DNA of 64,000 nt, taken from contig OZ024740.1 in the NCBI GenBank assembly GCA_964016885.1, positions 312,294,001 through 312,358,000 of the forward strand. The letters are read 5' to 3'. The first letter of the stretch is position 1, and the number at the start of each line of letters is the position of its first letter. The notes under the pieces are model-generated. The model had not been told where the DNA came from and did not search any database. It saw nothing but the letters and a program-made list of their open reading frames with translations. A program made the position numbers and the translations under genes. Source of the DNA: Eledone cirrhosa (lineage: Eukaryota). Below are positions 53,346 to 64,000 of the stretch, piece after piece.

Positions 53346-55636
53346 GTAAGTAAGTACTCAGATTGAACTAAAACCCAATGCACCGCCACCACCACGATCA
53401 CACAGAATAAATAGACCGTCAGAATAATATTATGAGATTACACGCGGTCAATTTCTTCTCCATAATATATATATATACATCCGTCATGTAACCTAAAAAA
53501 AATATCTAAATTTTAACCTAAATCTAAAGTTAGCATTTTCTCACGTCTACCAAAACCCACCAAAGAAAAAAAAAATTAGAATAACACTCGTATACTTATC
53601 GAAAATTATATAGGGTATGAAAGCTTCGAAAAACCTGTTTCCTTTGCTCATCTTGAGTTGGCTTAGCGGTCGTGAAGCAGCGGAAGGGTGTTCGACATGG
53701 AGACCAGTTGGCTGTCGGGCTTTTAATGGAAACTGATGACAGGCCAGCTATTTGCCTCTGACGAAGTCGACAGAAACTGTCGACGTCTTCTACCGTTTTT
53801 GTTGATAGTATTGCTGTTATCATCACCACCAGTATCATCATTATTATTCTTTATTCTTATGGTGCTGCTGCTCTCATAATTATTATTGTTGTTCTTGTTA
53901 TTATCATGCGTTATTGTTGTTATTATCGTCAGTATTACTTTTATTATGAATACTCTCAGAAGCCATTATTATTACCGTTGTTGTTAGAATTACAACCCAG
54001 GATACAGGTTGTCTTGCTGGCGATTGTTTTTACTGCCATCTCTGCTTCCTACATTTGTTTGTGTCGGTTGCTAATGTGAAGTCAATAGAACCAAATATAA
54101 ACTTAATGCTGAACAAAACAATAACAGCAACAAAAATAAATAACCCAGTGACCCTGAAAATATCCTCATCAACTTAATATTTCAGAATAGTTTCGTCTCT
54201 ATTTGCACATATTTCTTTCCATATCAATGTTTTCCCTCAAATTCATCATTGTATCAGATACACAAATACAACCACACACAGCTATTCAATAGGTATATAT
54301 ATTTTTTCCTGGAGATAGTATACTAATATATTTTCAACAATGACATCTGTTAATCTCTTACCAGTTGCTGTAGTAATTCTGTAACCATTCTGCTATAGAT
54401 AATATTACACGGATTGGCACAATTGATGAAATCTATAAGGAAAAAAAACAACAAAACAAAACAAAGCAAAAAAAAAAAAACGCGAGACAGAAATGTACAT
54501 TTCTGCCAGACTTCTTTTCTTTTAGAAACCTAAAACCCCTTTATATAGTTTTTCGTAAATTAGTCTTTACATTTTTGTTTCATATTTTTATACTTTTACA
54601 ATGGCTTTCCCATAAATCTAGTTTAATCGCGACCTGATGGATCTTTGGTTTTGGGGATTGATTGAAGGATTCTCTCCTCCATTTCCCTGTCTATCTATTT
54701 ATCTATCTTATTACATGCCAATGAGAAGTTCTCTACGCGGTCGCGCGTCATGCAAGAAATAGCAGCCAAAATCTACACTCAATTGCATTTAAATTAGGGA
54801 TGGGCACATTGCATAATTTAATCCCAGATTCACTGGCATGAAACAAACAAAAATTACAAAATAAAACAAAACACGTCTTTGTATATAGATCTTGCTCGAT
54901 CAGGACTTATCAGAAACAACTGTAACATTATGAATTAACAGCTGGGTGTTAATGTAAATAATATCACTATGTATTATAATAAGTGACTTGTTGACAAACG
55001 TTGAAGTGCTGGAATGCCTGATGAAACACGCCAACACATTTCTATTTACAATGTCTCTGGAAACCTTCAGAAAATTGTTGACTCAAGAACGCAGCTTCAC
55101 TTCGTATTCCATCATATGGGATCGAACATAATCAGTGTTTGGTGAGGGTTTTTAATAAGTAAAGTTAAATTGATTTTTTTTTAGCTAGAATTATTATTAT
55201 TGCCTTGTTTCTCACTCTCCCCATTTATGGAATAAAAAAAGAACAATAATAATAAAGCACCAGCCAGTACTTTTTTTTAAATTTGAAATGATTTGAGTAA
55301 GATTTGGCTATTATTTTTAGCAAGTAAAGTGACCACGAAGTGGTTTTCCTGTTGGTTTGTGAATTACTAAGTAGCGTGACTAATAACAGTTAAGTGGAGA
55401 AAGCCTTACTCTATAATAAGTATACCTTGTCTATAGGTGTACACTGTATAGCTTGCAATATATTATACTCTCATATATATATATGTTCAAGAAGCTTAAC
55501 GAACTACCAGCTCGCTTTGCTGAAACATCAAAGTTATGTTGCTAGAAGCTGAATATAAAACAGAAAGTTATCTGCCTTTTAATATAGTCAGACGTCTCAA
55601 TGAAAAGATTAACATCAAATCAGAGAATCCTAAAAC

Positions 55637-55780
55637 ATTTAACTTAAGCCAAAAGTTCGATTTGGTAGCGATATAAGCTAGACAGACTAAAATAAGTCAG
55701 TTTCACTCATATAAGGTCCCCTTATTTTGGCCTGTCTAACTTATATTCCCCACAAATCGAGATTTGGGCTTAAGTTAAAT
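55637..55780. repeat. Imperfect inverted repeat (60-bp arms, 24-nt spacer)
   Basis: atttaacttaagcc..tcgatttg..atataagctagacagactaaaataag versus its near reverse complement at 55721-55780. Confidence 0.88.
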
Positions 55781-58700
55781 ATGACTATATATCTCCAATG
55801 ACAGGGAAGAACAAATGACCGAAAACTATCTCTTAACAGTAGGTTTTACATCAGACGACCATCTAGATTTTTCGAATAAGAGTATACCTCCAAGTCAGTA
55901 GGGGTTTGATTTTGGAGTTTTCTCTTCTTCAGGTAGTTTTACTGTGCACCAGGCAGGTCAGAAACTTAGCTATTTCAACGCCTCTGCTGCGGTATATGTG
56001 TCGTACAAGCCTATGACACTAAACCAATAATGTTCAGATGTCTCATAAGACAGGTAACATATGACAATGTATATGTATATATTGTTTTATGTAATGTATA
56101 TTGCTGTATGCATAGTAGCTTGTGTGGTTCATTGGAAAAGTGTTTAACTATATACAAGTTGACAGCGTGACTCAGTGTTGTGATCGTATGAGGGAAACAG
56201 AACCATGACGTGGGTGTGCAGTGTTGGTAACGTGAGTCATAATGTGTGTGTGTATATATGATAAAGGGTTGTGAGTCAGCATCGAAAATATTAAATTGGA
56301 AAAAAAAAAAAGTACAAGATAAGAAATGTATCTACTCTACACACCTTAATTGAGTAGCGAATGCAGTCCGGATCGATTCGTTTGATGGTCTGATCTACTG
56401 TTACCTGATAAATTTATCAACTTATTCGACCTTAGTAAACCATTAATTGATAATTGGTTGTAAATATATAGGTATATATCGTAAATTTCCATCGGTTCCT
56501 ATGCCATGTGGAGAAAAAATCGAATACATTTTTACGATGCAGCTACCACAAGGTTCATCGGAATCTGTTGTTGTTTTTTAATTTATAGATTTATAGCTCT
56601 ATCTTTATGCTTCCAGAGATAGCGAGTAATGAATGGACACTGAACCAGTTCTTACGTAGCAGTGAAATATGGTAGCAATTTCCATGTGTTCTTACTACGT
56701 TTTCTACAGTTTCTAGCGTGTCATTTCGACGGCTGAACTTCGACCGTCTAAATCGCTTAACTTAGCCGCTAAATTTAAAATACCAGCCAGATTGCCATAA
56801 TAGGTTGGATGTGTCTACTGAATACGCATTTTATCCTAGATCAAGTTTTAGTTGCTATTCGCAATTATCAAGGTTTAAATGGGTTCCATCGCACTGCGTG
56901 ACATCTTACACAAGAGTCTTTTCCATAGCCTCTCGTCGACCCAAGTTTTAAGGGTGAAATGGGGGTAGACGGAAACTGCATGGAAGTCCGCCGAATGAAT
57001 TATACCTAAAATTCAAAGGTCTGGCCTTGTCCCATTGTATCACGCTGATTCTGCCTGAGAATTACGTTAAGGGCATACGTGTTTCTGGAATACTCAACAA
57101 CTTAATTCACAAGTTGGATGTTTAGTTGGTCGAACGACTGAATGATCATTGTCGAAACTGATGGAGGATCCTACATTATTACTATGTTTGCATGTACACT
57201 CGGGGAAAAGAATACTGAATACATGCAGTAGAGTTTATTTGGCGAATATAAATAAACATGTCAAAAACAAAGTATACAATACAATTATTATTATTGAATC
57301 AAAGTCCTGTTGTTCAAATTTGGGTGTTTAGAATGTATAACAATAGAAAAAAAGGGTACTTGAGATATCTAAATGATAGGAGTGCATCGGTAATAACAAT
57401 TGCGAAGCAATAGGTTTGCCCCTGGAGTGAAAGTACTGTATATTTTGGCATATAAGGTCCCCTCCTCATTTCAACACGGCATATTAAAAAAAGACAGTCT
57501 ACTAGAGACCCCAACTTTGCATTTAGAACCCTGGTAATTTTTTGGAGGGTAAAATAAGGGGTCTTGCCATTTAATAGGGTAGTTATGGAAGAGTAATCTT
57601 TCATTTCGTATTGGAATTGAAGTTAAAATTATTTCTTATAACTGTTGGTGTACATACAAACGGGTATTTATTTACAATTCAGTTAAATTTATATTATGTA
57701 CAGTTTGCTGTATTTTCGGTGCGACATTACTATAATGCACACACAATGACACATACATATATTGTAGTGTTTTGTATTGTGTAGTTTATAATTTAAGTTA
57801 CTAAATTATTTATAAATTAACAGATTATTGGTGGCGAGATTTATTCTGTTAATTAATAATTTTAACAACGTAACTTAGAAAATACACAAAGCAAGACTAC
57901 ATTATGTATATGTTATAGTAATGTCAGTTTTTGATGCAACTGTAGCTCGATGTAACACTATTTTTGTTGTAGATCTTATGATAGCTATGGTCTATAGAGA
58001 AATGCTTATTTATAAGGTTTAGGAATATTTAACCAAGATTATTACATGGAGGTTTATACCATGTGATATTTTTGTTTTCCATATTTGTGGGTTTTTTTTA
58101 GTATTAGGGCTGTTCTGTATATAATGTGATTTATCTCTGAAACTAGTCTTTTAATATATCATTATAGAAATGAACAGCTTGGTTAAAGGAATCTTTGTCA
58201 AAGGATAAGCTGGATATTGCTTATTTAACTAAGGTTTTGAGGATTATTGATGGATGATTGGAACTTATATAGTCTGATAATTCATTAGGTTTACTATAGA
58301 AGCTGTATTTACTAGTACCTAAATCTAGAGTTATATGTAAGACATTAACTATAAATTAGTTCATCATAATGATAAAGACCAAATCCTGTATAGCGGAATA
58401 TCTTCAGAAGTAAATCTTAGTTGTACAATCCTATAAATTCACAAATCTCAGATCCTGTGGCTATATCAAACACTTTATGGCCATTATATTTACCCCTCAC
58501 CCAAGAGGATAACACCCATTATCTTGGTCTGACAGACCTAAATGCCAAAAGCAACATCTAGGTACCTCAGACCCATAACCCAGTATTGGTAAAAAAATGT
58601 TTTGCTGTATCAAGGACAAACCATATAAAAGAGGTTTGGTGCTACAAAAGAGCTTATTTTCTGTGTTTGCTATGATATTTTAAATCAGTCGACTGGTCAG

Positions 58701-59298
58701 CTATCCTTTAAAGAAAAGATATTGAGAAAACGTACATGTTCACCTTCAGTAAAATAATCAATAAGAATCTAAGTGACACACGTTGGTTTGATTATAAATG
58801 CAGAAAGAAGTGTAGCCTTTTTCATCAATTGAAGAGTAATACTTCAGAGACCAAGTATGGTATGAATAAGATGTGATCACTAGCCCATCTAACCCATGTA
58901 AGCATGGAAATTAGATCTTAAATACTGATAATGATGATGAGAACAAATGGAAGGTTATGAAAGCAATGCATAGCTACAACTGAGTAGAAAGTAAGGCAAA
59001 AAGAAATTACAAGATCTTGTGGAACATCATAAACTCACTTTCTGGAAGAACAGACCACTCCTATATCTCTTCTAACTGAACATGTTGCAGCTGCATACAC
59101 AATGACAAACAGTAGACCCAATGTCTTCTCCCAAGTTTTTGTAGAAAGGTGTTGTACAGCTGAACCATACAAATGAAATGACCCAGGGTTGAGAAACCTG
59201 GTAATATTCTCATGCAAACAGAATGAATGGGCCCCCATCTGTCAGTATACTCACCACACCCTGACCTCCACCAACCTTCGCTCTAAATCCAAAGAAGC

Positions 59299-59384
59299 AA
59301 GGAATACAAGAGTATATTGGCAGGTGGGTGTGTGTGACGCTCAACCCCCCCCCCCCCACTTGCCAATATACTCTTATATTCCTT
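59299..59384. repeat. 30-bp near-perfect hairpin
   Basis: aaggaatacaagagtatattggcaggtggg versus cccacttgccaatatactcttatattcctt (2 differences). Confidence 0.92.
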
Positions 59385-60274
59385 GTCAACATCTCCTTGG
59401 TTCCTTTTCCTAACCCTAAACCCGAAAAAGCAGAGAGATGGAACATCTATCAGATCCTCCCCTACTAGTATACTCCTGACTTCTTACATGTTAGCATGGA
59501 AAGCTAGGAACCTTGATTGCATCTTCCCTGCCCTACCCTTTGGGCATTCCAGGGAAATTCAACAGGTGTTGAACTTCACCATTTATTGGTATCCATGAGA
59601 AAAGTAATTCCTAGAAATTTTAGCTGAATAGTGTTTACCAATCAGATTTTGTGACCATTTAAATATTTGGACAATTTCTAAAATTTTGAAAATAATGAAT
59701 TTATTTGATTTTTAGAGACCTATTATTCCAAGTAGCTTTTATACCATGGAACTTGATTTCCTTAATCTTCACCATCAGACACTAAATGTTAACTGAAAAT
59801 TTGAAAAATCTGTGTTTTGGGGGTTATTTTGGAAAAAGTTTAGGTGGCTGTTACTGAATAGCAACACTGTTGAGCACCCCATTTTCTCTAATCATGTAGT
59901 ATGGTTTGGAAACTTGACAGAACACTTGAATTCAGTAACTTGAGTTTTAGTGCATCAAGGGGGTGAAAAAGTGTAAAATTGCAGTGTTTTGAACCATGAT
60001 AACAGCTCATCATGAAATTGAAACCATATAAAACTAAACATATTCTAGAAGTGCACCTAGAACGAAAGACATAAAGTATTTTAAACAGATGTAAGAATCT
60101 ATTTGTGTACCCTGAAAATGGCTCGAAATGGAAATGCCCACTTTTAGGAGTAGTTTAGAGCCCCAAAAATCAATGAGTAACAATTTGGAAATCTTGAAGA
60201 ATAATACTTCAGAGACATGGTATGGTATGAATGAGATATGATCAATAGCCCATCAAATCATAGGAAATCTATAT

Positions 60275-60880
60275 CCTTGTAAAGCATCTTTGAGCGATCC
60301 AAAGAGATGATAGTCAGAAGGTGCAAGATCTGGGCTGTTGGCAGGGTGTTCCATCATATCAAAATCCAATTGGTTAATGGTTTTAATAGTCTGGCTGGCC
60401 TATGTGGGCATGCATTGTCATGCAACAACAAAACTTTCTTCGACAATAGGCTTCGGCGTTTGGTTCAGATTGTTGGCCAGCAAAGCACTGTTTCTTGCAC
60501 TGTTGGTCGTACACCCCTTTTCCTGGTAGTCTTCAAAAAAATTCTTCGCCTTCATTGTTGTAGCGGTTAAGTAAATGTTGGCAGACCTCAACATATTTGC
60601 GCTTGTGCTCTGTGGTAAGCTCTCTAAGCACCCATCTCGCACAGATTTTATGGAAGCCGAGCTCGTTGTGGATGATTTGATAGACAGCACCACTTCTTCT
60701 TGTCCGGCCACTTTTAAACTTCTCAATCCACTCATATACACTTCTAAATGGTAGTGCACTGTCGCCATATTGTGTTAAAAGCATCCAATGAATTTCAGAC
60801 CCTGACACAACCTCCAGCCAGGGAAATTGGATCACTGCTCTTTGTTCCTACTTGGTACACACTACTAGTGGAGCAGCCAT
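60275..60880 (-). mobile_element. Internally deleted mariner transposase relic
   Basis: IIHNELGFHKICARWVLREL (WVP.EL-like) and LLHDNACPH..EHPANSPDLAPSDYHLFGSLK (YSPDLAP-like). Confidence 0.9.
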
Positions 60881-61039
60881 GTAACAGCAACATGAAAACT
60901 GGCGCAATCTAGCTCAAACTTCAATCACATATCCACAGTAGTACCAACTATAAGCACGCATAAGTAGACATGCCATTAGTAACTGCAATGAAAATGGGTG
61001 GTTGTTGTTGGAGTTTTGCACAACATCAACTTGTCATCA

Positions 61040-61365
61040 TGGACACCATCTTCCAGCTTGGTAGCAACCTGGATACATCCTCATTCCAAACACTGGAACC
61101 TCATTGATTATATTCTAGTGCGCTGGTGTGACCTGAAAGTTGTCTTGCATATTAGAGTGATGCCCTGTGCAGAATGTCACACCGACCATCATCTCGTACG
61201 CTCCAAGCTCAAGTTCCACTCTAATCGAAGAAAAGAGCCCCCCCCCCCCCCTCGAAAAAAGTTCAAGATTGGCAATTTCCATTCAGCTGACTTCCAGACA
61301 GCTCTTCAGTTGAGGCTTGAAGATACAAGCATTGCCACAGATCCCTCCCCAGAAACACTTTAGGA
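61040..61365 (+). mobile_element. LINE (RTE-like) AP-endonuclease fragment
   Basis: TWIHPHSKHWNLIDYILVR...ECHTDHHLVRSKL. Confidence 0.85.
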
Positions 61366-63434
61366 GCATCTGATTCATTTAGCTATAGTTCTACTTAAAT
61401 TTTTGACCATATATACTTGTAAATAGGTTGCAGTTTGTTATTAAAAAAAAAATCAGTTGTGGAAAGTTACATGTGACTTATTTACTGAACCTTGCTCTTG
61501 GCTTAAAATTCTCAACACTCACTAATACAAACACACATACACATGCTGGCAACAACTAAAGCAGACTTCTTTAGTTGTTGCCTGCAGTGTTGTTGAGGAT
61601 AAAACAACCTCTCTTGTGCTGGAGTCGTGATGAAATGCAACCAGTACAATTTGTAAAGTAGTAAATAGGTGTTAGGATGAATATCCAGCAAGTTGGTGGC
61701 CCAATGACTGAAACCAGTAAAAGAGTATAAAATATATTGGAAATAAAATCTCTTGAGATCAACTGATAGACAGAAAGTATATTGGAATATTGACATGTAG
61801 TGTTTTGCTGTTACTTCATTATGTTTTCCTTTTCTAATCTGTCTTTGTAAATATCTCTATATAATTTGCATGAAGTATCTCAAGAAATTTGTCATTCCTT
61901 TTGAGCTTTGATACATTTGTATGCCATTGGGAGAAGGAGAATCTTACATTTTGATATGTCTAAGGTGGTGAATTGGCAAAGTCAGATTAAAAATGCCACA
62001 GTATTTGTTTTGGTTCACTCTGCTCTGAGTTGAAATCCCACTGATGTCAACTTTGTTTTTCAAAGTTGATAAAGTGCCAATCTATCCCTTTCTCTTTTTG
62101 AAAGAAATTGTCTGTGTTACAACCTGGAGATGGATGGGCTCTGCCAGATTTAAAAATGCCCAAGACATGCCATGCATCATAGAGGCATCCCTACAACTCC
62201 ACCAGGAGTTAAGGGGCCTTTGTCTGAGGGAGGAACTTACTAGCTTGGATTACACTGTTTTTCCGTTATTTGTTAAGAATTCTGCATGACATTCTCAATT
62301 TCCTTCATAATTACATGCAGTGTGTAAAAAAGTGTTTTTTGCTGCTTAATATGAGAGATTTTTGGAATCTGGTGTTAGGCCTTGAATTATAACTTCTCTT
62401 TACTAAGAGTTGTTGAAGACATTTCTAGAATTTTCTCAACTAGTTCTTGCAAATTGTTTTTAAATGTTAATGTGTGTGTGTGCGTGTGTGTACAACCCTC
62501 AATTTATCATTAAGCAAAATAAGCACATACTTAGGACTTTCAATGAAAGAGAGCTCCAATACAGTATATTAGAATTTGTCCCTTGTACAGTATATGGGGG
62601 TGCTATAATCTTTTCAGTGTTTAGGGTCTTAATCCAACCCTCTGTATGTGTATGTGTGTTAGCTTATACTGAAACAGAAAAATAATGTTATTGTATGTTT
62701 TATCCACAGCTATACACTAATAAATTTGTTTGTCGTTTGAATGTTTTATAAACACTTTAACATGCAGTACAATAACTGATGAACTCGGATGGAATAAATA
62801 TGGCAATTACAGAGATTAGCTTGACTTTTCATCTGGATACATGCTGTCAGAGCTAATTTCTACTTTTATGTTAAGCTGGTCAGTATATTCTATTTGTGAT
62901 GCATAGACTTAAAAGCTTTGGAGCAAGCTTATTTCCTTGCTTGGGTTGCTTGCTAAAACGATACATTAAAAAATTCTATGTAAGTATGTATGTACATGGA
63001 ATTGGGGTTGGAATATCTTATTCTAATGTACTAAATGTCATTAATTTATTTATCTTTCATTGTATTTTTTCTTTTGCTTCTAAAACTTATTGTATAATAT
63101 ATTTACAGTCTATACTATTGCAATACCAACAGCTACATACACACACAAGATATCTATCGATGCTTATAGATATTTTTTATTTGGTTCTGACTTGTATTAA
63201 TAGCCATAATGTTTTTCTTTTTCATATTTGCAACTAAAATTCTTTGAAAAATATAAATGAAAATGGATGTATAAAATGCAAGCTTATTAATAACATATTG
63301 TGCTTAAACTAAAATATTTCTCACAAAACAAAAGTATTTAAGAATGAATTGTTTTGAAATGTAAACCTTTAAATTTTGTTAATTCTCCTGGAAGAGCTAG
63401 ATATATTGAAATAAAAACATATGCAAATTTCCTC

Positions 63435-63770
63435 ATCCACTAAACAGTTGTTGTCGGACCTCTGTTGGCTCCGATGATGAGTGTTCCCGTTATTGGATTA
63501 GCAGAACAGCCTGCTTGTGAAATGAACATACAAGTGTCCAATCCTTCTAAAGATGTGTGTACACTGACTTTAATGTAGTAAGATTTAGCATGATAGTGTG
63601 TAACAAGACTCCCTTTCAATTACAGGTGCAGTTTATTTTTCCCAGCTGAGTGGATTGGAACAATGTGAAATAAAGTATCTTGCTAAAGAACACAATGTAC
63701 TACTAGGAATCAAACTCACAACCTTATGATTGTGAGCCAAACACCCTAACCACTAAGACATACACCTTCA
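63435..63770 (-). mobile_element. tRNA-derived SINE, second family
   Basis: Minus strand head tagtggttagggtgtttggctcacaatcataaggttgtgagtttgattcct, with A- and B-box-like motifs. Confidence 0.65.
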
Positions 63771-64000
63771 CTATTATATAGTACAAACAGTTAAAATGGT
63801 ACAGTGATAATCAGAGCAGTTCTCCAGCATGTCCTTAGCTGAGAGTTCATGAATATTAGAATATGCTTAAATGATAAGAGAAAGGTATTTCATTATCAAT
63901 TTACAATAAGTTAATTGTTTTTGTCATATGATAGTTAAACATTCTAGAAAAAAAAGAGGCAATATCAAATAAAATAACCACAAATCACTTTTTTCATCTC

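Larger units (their letters stand above)
50760..54760. promoter_or_regulatory. CpG-retaining promoter-like region
   Basis: CpG is visibly frequent here compared with the CpG-depleted Khc introns. It contains a CRE palindrome TGACGTCA (52969-52976), GA tracts (51813-51832, 53163-53185) and ATGGCGGCG at 53240. Confidence 0.6.

Noticed and set aside
55933-55956. 24-nt phase-1 microexon candidate (cag|GTAGT..GCAG|gtcaga) in frame with the 53240 exon
   Set aside because: The donor is weak and the context resembles a decayed SINE; there is no independent support.
61570-61660. Possible exon 2 of the downstream gene (cctgcag|TG..)
   Set aside because: The peptide resembles decayed RTE sequence and has no good donor before a stop.
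63700-63770. tRNA-like A/B boxes here and in other SINE heads
   Set aside because: No complete cloverleaf; they are attached to SINE bodies.

Overview
AT-rich, microsatellite- and SINE-laden eukaryotic DNA, most likely from an octopus. The inference rests on a kinesin protein nearly identical to squid KHC as I recall it, plus cephalopod-type SINE and RTE remnants. The main feature is the kinesin-1 heavy chain gene on the + strand: 21 GT-AG coding exons from 12077 to the TAA at 31470-31472 splice into one frame (2687 nt). The first ~71 codons lie upstream of the window, and a 3'UTR exon probably starts at 32399. The introns and downstream region hold a 5'-truncated CR1/L2-like LINE, RTE, Penelope and mariner fragments, tRNA-derived SINEs and several fold-back elements. 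A CpG-rich promoter-like region (~50.8-54.8 kb) contains the probable first coding exon of an unidentified gene. No prokaryotic-type system or CRISPR is present. The best leads concern A-to-I recoding of this gene (editable codons, inverted repeats in the pre-mRNA, a structured 3'UTR) and unexplained hairpins or ORFs downstream. Comparisons with other species are from memory and were not computed.
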